The position numbers and the translations under genes were made by a program. The notes under the pieces are model-generated. The model had not been told where the DNA came from and ran no database searches. It saw only the letters and a program-made list of their open reading frames with translations. From an uncultured Bacillota bacterium (GTDB lineage Bacteria; Sysuimicrobiota; Sysuimicrobiia; Sysuimicrobiales; Segetimicrobiaceae), in NCBI GenBank assembly GCA_963804645.1, contig CAWDRG010000009.1:480001-544000 (forward strand): a stretch of DNA of 64,000 bases, read 5' to 3'. Positions 57,957 through 64,000 of this stretch are shown here, one piece after another; position 1 is the stretch's first letter; each line of letters begins with the position of its first letter.

Positions 57957-58920
57957 ACACGAAGTCGGGCTCGTCCGGCCCGCCCCACTCGATCTTGATG
58001 CCCTGGGCGGCGGCCAGTTTCCTGATGTAGTACACTGCGGCGAGCGTCTCCTTGATGAACGCGTCCGTCGCGGTGGGGTGCCGGTACACGCCCGGCGACG
58101 CCGCGCGTCCCCGAGAGACGCCCGGCACGTCTTCCAGCTCGATCGAGATGACGCCGTCGAACTTCACGTCGCGCAGCGCCACCAGGACCGCGGTCCAGTC
58201 GATCTTGCCCTTGCCCGGGCGCCAGTGCACGTTCGTGGTGCCGTCGTTGTCGGAGAAATGGCAGTGGAACAGACGGTCGCGCAGCTGGTAGATCACGGCG
58301 TGCGGGATCTCCCCGACCGGGAACAGGTGGCTCGGGTCGAAGTTGACGCCGAGCACCGGGGACTTCACGTGCTCCATCAGCCGCAGCATCGACGCGGTGT
58401 TGGCCATGTACCGGAACGGGTGGGGTTCCATCGAATACCGGAGGCCGGCGGCCTGCACGATGTCCGCGCACTGCCGGACGGAGTCGACGTAGATCTCCCA
58501 GTTCCGCTTCCAGTCCAGCCCGGCCGGGTAGTCGGCCTGAAACACCTGCATATGGGGCCGGTCGGTGATGCGCGGCACCTCAATGTTGAACGGATAGGCC
58601 GAGACGGAGTCGATGAGCTTGGCGCCGAGCTTGGCCGCGACGTCGACGCAGCGCTTGAACAGCTCGATCGACTGCTTCTTCTCCGCGGGGTCGTCGCTCG
58701 ACACGCCCTTCGGGTTGTTGACGAACTGCGAGATCTCGAGTCCCTCGGACGCCACGAGGTCGCGGAGCTCCCGGATCTTTTGGGGGGTGTAGTACTCGAG
58801 AAACTCCTCGTTCCAGACGATCAGTTCGACGGCCTTGAAGCCGAGCTTGGCGATTCTGCGCACTTCGTCGTCGTACGGCGGATCCCAGCGAAACGGCCAG
58901 ACCGATGCCCCGAACTTCAT
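57949..58920 (-). CDS. Sugar phosphate isomerase/epimerase (xylose isomerase-like TIM barrel)
   Basis: MEPHP, NFDPSH, HCHFSD, PGKGKIDW, ISIELE. Confidence 0.9.
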   Translation of the reverse strand: MKFGASVWPFRWDPPYDDEVRRIAKLGFKAVELIVWNEEFLEYYTPQKIRELRDLVASEGLEISQFVNNPKGVSSDDPAEKKQSIELFKRCVDVAAKLGAKLIDSVSAYPFNIEVPRITDRPHMQVFQADYPAGLDWKRNWEIYVDSVRQCADIVQAAGLRYSMEPHPFRYMANTASMLRLMEHVKSPVLGVNFDPSHLFPVGEIPHAVIYQLRDRLFHCHFSDNDGTTNVHWRPGKGKIDWTAVLVALRDVKFDGVISIELEDVPGVSRGRAASPGVYRHPTATDAFIKETLAAVYYIRKLAAAQGIKIEWGGPDEPDFVYG

Positions 58921-59090
58921 TCCATCCTCCTTTAGGTGCCGGACTGATGCGCTGATGCTGCCGTCGTGCCCGCTCCCGAATCAAGACCACCAGAGCCGCT
59001 CCCACCTGGGGGCGCGGCTCCGATACTCGGGTCTCTGGGCCAAGCGTTCCACGGCCGCTCCGCGAACCCCTGCGCAGCACGCCCCGGCCG

Positions 59091-59678
59091 TCAGCGGCGG
59101 TGGAACACGATCGCGTAGCTGTATGGCCCGAACGAAACGGGCGGATCCGGGTCGAGCCCCGCCGCCCGCAGCCACTCGGACGCACGGTCCTCAGGCACCC
59201 GGACGTCGAGGGGAGGCCCAGCCGGGCTCTCGCGGGGCGCCCAGTCGGCGGCGAGGCCGCGGCCTCCGGGCCGCAGCACCCGCCGGAGCTCGCGCAGGAA
59301 CGCGGCCGGGTCCTCGAGCTCGTGAAGGAGGAAGGTGGCGAGCACGCGCCCGCAGCTCTCGCCGTGGAGCGGCAGCAGCGATTCCTGCGAGAGCACCGGG
59401 CGCACGTGGGCGATCTCCTCGGCGGCCAGCCGCCCGCGCAGCAGCGCCAGCATCTCCGGCCGGATGTCGACGGCGAACACCCGGCCTCCCGGCTGCACGA
59501 GCCGGGCGATCGGAATCGTCAGAAACCCCGGACCGCATCCGACGTCGGCGACGACCTGCCCGGGATGGAGATCGAGCATCGCCAGCGCCTCGGCCGGCGG
59601 ATGCAGCTGCGCCCGGTCGTCCGAGAGCAACCGGGCGGCGTTGGCCGGATCGAACTTGTGAAACCTGTGGGGCTCCAT
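59091..59678 (-). CDS. Class I SAM-dependent methyltransferase
   Basis: ADVGCGPG, FAVDI, LHELED, RVLRPGG. Confidence 0.88.
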   Translation of the reverse strand: MEPHRFHKFDPANAARLLSDDRAQLHPPAEALAMLDLHPGQVVADVGCGPGFLTIPIARLVQPGGRVFAVDIRPEMLALLRGRLAAEEIAHVRPVLSQESLLPLHGESCGRVLATFLLHELEDPAAFLRELRRVLRPGGRGLAADWAPRESPAGPPLDVRVPEDRASEWLRAAGLDPDPPVSFGPYSYAIVFHRR

Positions 59679-59929
59679 CGCGATGCCTCCTTGCGCGGGC
59701 GACGCGCCGGCGCCGCGCGGTCCACGCCACATCCGGAGGATTCGACGGCGGATGGCCCCGATCTTCGTTACGCCGTGTGCACGAAAGCCGGGTACCGGGT
59801 TCGTACGTTGATAGTGTTACCTGTGTCCCAGGAACCATCCCGTCCTATCGTCACGCGACGCGGTGCTGCGCGGTCGTCGCGACGCCGTGGCTCGTGACCG
59901 CGCCGGTCCGGGGCACGACGTCGTGCCGC

Positions 59930-60160
59930 GGGCGAAGGCAATGAGTGTCGAGACCCAGGTGCGTGTGGTGGTCGCGTCCGCGGCGGCGCGCAGTGCGGGC
60001 AGGGGAGCGAGTTGCGGCGAGGAGCGAACGAAATGGCCGGGCACAGTAAGCACCGAATAGCCAAGTGCCTCGGCTTTGCGCGCGCGCTCTCCACCCAGGC
60101 CTTCCGAGTGGTCGCGCGAGCCATGCGTGCCCCGAATCGAAAAGGTCTGGACGGCGGATG
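59930..60160 (-). pseudogene. LLM-class F420-dependent oxidoreductase N-terminal fragment
   Basis: RPFRFG...W / RKAEALGYSVLTVPGH...APLPAL.AAADATT split across frames and truncated. Confidence 0.7.
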
Positions 60161-60171
60161 ACGATGCGCCG

Positions 60172-61062
60172 CTACGCCCATTCGGGAAACACCTGTTTCC
60201 AATTCTCGTGGATAATCCGGTCCTGGATGTCCTGCGGTATCTTGGGTAAATTGGTCCCTTCGACCGGCGCATTCACGTTGTGCAAGCCGTTGATGACGTT
60301 GGTGATCGTGCCTGAGGGGAAGTCAGACGCGAGGAGGATCTTGTGATCAACGCCGTACTCCATCGCCGTGACCATCGCCTGCCAATATCGCCAGGGACGG
60401 TAGTGGACCGCGCTGATGTCGGTGTAGACGTTCGGGCATTTGCGGATCAGGACAATCACATCCTCTTCCCAGGGGTGGCCCAGGTGGGCGATGATCATCC
60501 GCAGGTCGGGAAACTCCATGGCGATATCCTCTAACTGGAGCGGCTGCGCCCACTTGAGCCGCGCGCGGGTGGGAAACGTTGTGCCCTGGTGCCACATGAT
60601 CGGCAAATTCAGATCCTGGCATTTCTTGAAGAGCGGCCAATGCTTCTTGTCCTGGGGATCGAAATGCTGGTACGTGGGACCGAGTTTTAGACCACGAAGG
60701 CCCAACCGCGTGACGCAGTGCTCGAGCTGTTCGACACAGTCTGGCTCGTTTGGATCAACCGACGCCCATCCCACCAGTTTCTCAGGATGCTGCCGCACGT
60801 AGTCGGCAATCAACTCATTCGGAACCCAGATACCCGACGCCCGGGCCTGGAGGCCGAACACGACCACCTTGTCGGCCGGCTCGGAAACCTTCCAATGCAC
60901 CTCGGGCGTCGAATCGTACGAATGGAGGTCCAACTGTGCCGCGTGCGCCTGCCCGCCCGACCGCCGGAGTTTCACGAGTTTGCTGGCCAGAGCTTCCTCC
61001 GCGTATTGCTGTGCGAGGTGGTCCGGGTACCACATCAGGTGAGTATGGCAGTCGACGATCAC
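60172..61062 (-). CDS. Amidohydrolase_2 family protein
   Basis: IVDCHTH, GLRGLKL, WHQG, IAHLGHPW, LASDFP. Confidence 0.9.
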   Translation of the reverse strand: MIVDCHTHLMWYPDHLAQQYAEEALASKLVKLRRSGGQAHAAQLDLHSYDSTPEVHWKVSEPADKVVVFGLQARASGIWVPNELIADYVRQHPEKLVGWASVDPNEPDCVEQLEHCVTRLGLRGLKLGPTYQHFDPQDKKHWPLFKKCQDLNLPIMWHQGTTFPTRARLKWAQPLQLEDIAMEFPDLRMIIAHLGHPWEEDVIVLIRKCPNVYTDISAVHYRPWRYWQAMVTAMEYGVDHKILLASDFPSGTITNVINGLHNVNAPVEGTNLPKIPQDIQDRIIHENWKQVFPEWA

Positions 61063-61085
61063 GGTTGCCCCTCCTGCGTCCTATT

Positions 61086-61991
61086 TCATTCCGCGAGGAT
61101 TCCGAGGTCTGCCAGCGTCCGGGTGAGATCTTCACGGTCCTGGGGGGATAGCGGAACCATCGGTAACCGCATCGTCCCACCAGGCAGGCCAAGAAGGTTC
61201 ATCGCTTCCTTGACCACGGTGATCGCATGGCCGCGTTGCCGCTCACGCAGCCTTGTGAGTGGGCGGATCTTGTCGGCGACGAGCGTGTGCAGTTCGTCGA
61301 AGCGGCCAGCGATGCCCAGGGTCCACACCGCGAGCGTAAGGCCGGGGACGAAGTTCACCAAGCCCGACGTGAACGCCTGGGCGCCGGCCGCGAAGTACGG
61401 CGCCGCGAGGGCCTCGGCCATGCCGTTGATCCACATCATGCGTCGGCCGAGGTCCTGAACGCACTCGGAGAACAACCTGAGATCTCCGCACTCGTCCTTC
61501 AGCGCGATCACCGAGTCAATCTCCGCTAATCGCCGCAGCAGAGCGAGAGATACCACGGCCGTTCTGGTACTGTACACGACCATGCCCAGACCGCACGCCC
61601 GGGCCAGCGTTTGATAATGTCTGGCGATCCCCTCGTCAGACGGTTCGACGAAATACTGGGGGTGGACCAACAGTCCATCGACGCCCACCGATGACGCGTA
61701 CTCGGCAAGGTGAGAAGCCACACGAGTACCGTGGCCGATACCAGCCAGAACCGGTACGCGACCGTGTGCGGCCTCGGCCGCGGTACGGATCGCCCCTCGA
61801 TACTCGTCCAGATCAAGCGAAAAGAACTCACCCATCCCGCCGCACACGACGACCGCGTGCACACCAGCGTGCACGAGGTAATCCACATGCTTAGCCAGTC
61901 CGTCGACGTCCAACGTATCGCGGGACGTGAACGGCGTTGGGGTGAATGCCAGGACACCCCTGAGCCGGGCCTTCAGTGCGTCAGGCTTCAC
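61086..61991 (-). CDS. Dihydrodipicolinate synthase family (5-dehydro-4-deoxyglucarate dehydratase-like)
   Basis: FTPTPF, GGMGEFFSL, VPVLAG, ALKDECGD, VVKEAM. Confidence 0.85.
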   Translation of the reverse strand: MKPDALKARLRGVLAFTPTPFTSRDTLDVDGLAKHVDYLVHAGVHAVVVCGGMGEFFSLDLDEYRGAIRTAAEAAHGRVPVLAGIGHGTRVASHLAEYASSVGVDGLLVHPQYFVEPSDEGIARHYQTLARACGLGMVVYSTRTAVVSLALLRRLAEIDSVIALKDECGDLRLFSECVQDLGRRMMWINGMAEALAAPYFAAGAQAFTSGLVNFVPGLTLAVWTLGIAGRFDELHTLVADKIRPLTRLRERQRGHAITVVKEAMNLLGLPGGTMRLPMVPLSPQDREDLTRTLADLGILAE

Positions 61992-62562
61992 GGGTGCCCC
62001 CCTCTCGGCCCCCCCTGCGGCCCGTTGCTGGTCCGCAATGTTGAAGGGCGTCAGAAGCCCTATCGTCAGCGGAGGGTCTCAAGACGCCAGCCTTCGAACG
62101 CCCTTCGCCGATGCCAGGTTGTGGCACGTTCCACATGAACCCGACCTTGCCGAGCGTGAAGATTCGCGCATCACCGTCGCGCCAGAGGAGTCGACCGGTG
62201 GTCACGAGGTAGTCAAGTGCCGCGCGGTGGCTCGATACGGTGACCGCACGCTCAGCGGCGAAGCTCAGACATCTGTTGACGCCGTCGAAACCGAGCGGGT
62301 CGCGCAAGGGAAGGACATGTGTTTCGTGTTCCGTATCAAGCGCATGGAGCAGGCTGAGCGCTGCGTGAACTCCGGCAGCCTTGGGGGCGTGCGAACCCGC
62401 GGTGATGAAGATCGCCGGCTGCTTCGTACCGCCGGTCCGAGCCGCCAGCAGCGGCGTGCCGTCGATGGCCCGTCCCCATTCGTGCAGGGGCTTTCCGCTG
62501 TCACGCAGCGCCGCAAGAACGTCACTGGTCGTGAGGTGTTCGTCGAGAGCGGGACGACTCAT
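61981..62562 (-). pseudogene. M14 carboxypeptidase-like fragment, degenerate
   Basis: WGRAIDG...IFITAGSHAPK (HxxE lost)...VLPLRDPLG; C-terminus runs into low-complexity sequence. Confidence 0.45.
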
Positions 62563-63140
62563 CGTCGTGGCACCAACGTCTGCGGCGCAGGCGGATACGC
62601 ATACCGGATTGTTTCCTGTGGCATCAGACGTCAGCCCCCTGCAATATGCAGATCACCACCCGGGAGGGAAACGGTTGATGAGGTTCGTGGTCGCGACGGA
62701 GAACTCCCTCGAGGAACCGCGCACAACAGACGCTCCATGCCACGTTGCTTCGCCATCGTGGTGCGCAGCGGGCCGGGTCCGGAGTGCGACCCGCGGCATC
62801 GTGATGCCGAGCACTTCGGAGCGTATGGGTACGGCCGCGAGCGCGAGATCACTCGCTGCCGGTGGCACAGGGTTGTACGGGACTTGGTGACCGGGCGGTG
62901 TCTTGGCGATCCCGAGTGCATGCGCGTCCACACACAGACGTCGCGACACGCGACGGGACCGTCCTCGCGGCTCTGCCGCGCTGCGGTGGCGGCCGGCCGC
63001 CCGGCGCGGGAGGCGCTTGGAATGCAGGTGGGCGACGGTGCTGCGCGAACACATCGACCGGCGCATGACCGCGGGCGCGCGATGGCGCACCGTAGATCGA
63101 TGGCGAGCATTTTGGGCTCGTTTCGAGGAGGAAAACCGTC

Positions 63141-64000
63141 ATGCCGCACACGGAGAGCCTCCGCCGTCCGCTGATCGTCGGGACCCGGGGAGCCGTCAGC
63201 ACCTGTCATCCGCTCGCCACCTCGGCCGGTCTCGAGGTCTTGTGGAAGGGTGGCAACGCCTTCGATGCGGCGGTGGCGGTGGCTGCGGCGCTTGGGGTGG
63301 TCGAGCCTCTGTCGTGCGGGGCTGGCGGTGACGCGTTCGCCCTCTGCTACGACGCCCGGCGGAACGAGACGGCGGCGCTGAACGCCGCCGGTGCCGCGCC
63401 GCTTGGGGCGGATGCCCGCGAGTATGCCTCGGGCGGCATCCCGGTCCACGGCATCCGATCGGCGACCGTGCCCGCCGCGGTCGACGGCTGGCTTGCGGTG
63501 CTCGAGCGGTACGGCACGCTCCCGGCGGCGGACGTGTTTGCGCCGGCGATCGCGTACGCGGAGGAGGGCTATCCGGCCGGGCTGCACGACACGCACGCCA
63601 TCGACCACTACGAGCCGCTGCTGAAGGCCGACCCTGAGGCGGCGGCGGTGTTTCTTCCCGAGGGCCGGCCGCTCGCGTTGGGCGATCGCATCGTGCAACG
63701 TGATCTCGCGGCGACGCTGCGGGAGATCTCCCGCGGCGGCCGCGACGCGTTCTATGCGGGAACGTTCGCCGACAGCCTGCTGCGGCGATCGCGCGAGGCC
63801 GGCGGTTTGTTCACGAAGGCAGATCTCACGCCGGCGCACGCGTCATGGCACGAGCCGGTGGTCACCGACTACCGCGGATACACCGTCTATGCCCAGCCGC
63901 CCGTGTCTCACGGGTTTATTCTCCTCGAGGCGCTCAACATGCTCGAGGCGTTCGATCTTCCCGCGCTCGGCCGGAACACGGCGCGGCTGGCGCACTGCAT
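63141..64000 (+). CDS. ggt: Gamma-glutamyltransferase (partial, runs off the window)
   Basis: Hand translation MPHTESLRRPLIVGTRGAVSTCHPLATSAGLEVLWKGGNAFDAAVAVAAALGVVEP..CGAGGDAF; GAGGAGG RBS. Confidence 0.92.
   Translation, partial: MPHTESLRRPLIVGTRGAVSTCHPLATSAGLEVLWKGGNAFDAAVAVAAALGVVEPLSCGAGGDAFALCYDARRNETAALNAAGAAPLGADAREYASGGIPVHGIRSATVPAAVDGWLAVLERYGTLPAADVFAPAIAYAEEGYPAGLHDTHAIDHYEPLLKADPEAAAVFLPEGRPLALGDRIVQRDLAATLREISRGGRDAFYAGTFADSLLRRSREAGGLFTKADLTPAHASWHEPVVTDYRGYTVYAQPPVSHGFILLEALNMLEAFDLPALGRNTARLAHC

Noticed and set aside
62563..63100. Protein-coding gene upstream of the M14-like fragment
   Set aside because: Only Arg/Ala/Pro-rich frames without recognisable motifs; cannot be supported.
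1..64000. CRISPR array or cas genes
   Set aside because: No regularly spaced 25-40 bp repeats with unique spacers, and no Cas-like ORFs.

Overview
High-GC bacterial chromosome segment. It starts in apparent core genome (trpA 3' end, citrate synthase, an enoyl-ACP reductase-like SDR) and an intact tRNA-Lys(TTT) at 2398-2473. Downstream lies a mosaic accessory region. The most striking non-coding structure is a tandem series of att-like modules at about 4928-5110, 8320-8441, 11346-11534 and 17908-18090. Each has a conserved ~135-bp arm with an 11-bp-periodic TTGC(T/A)AAC doublet, and three of the four end in a 46-bp copy of the tRNA-Lys 3' half. These modules partition 2.5-6.5 kb cargo blocks, and no integrase gene is recognisable anywhere in the window. 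Further on, an 18-bp operator-like motif sits exactly 21 bp before a -10 box at four promoters next to a lipid acylation operon and a NarL-type two-component system. Other elements are a segment bounded by 105-bp direct repeats, a MITE, an IS21-like end, several secreted repeat/beta-propeller proteins, and two sugar-ABC-linked catabolic clusters, one resembling agropinic-acid (opine lactam) catabolism. A gamma-glutamyltransferase runs off the right end. Several single-base frameshifts in otherwise intact genes may be sequencing errors. All coordinates and identities were read by hand.
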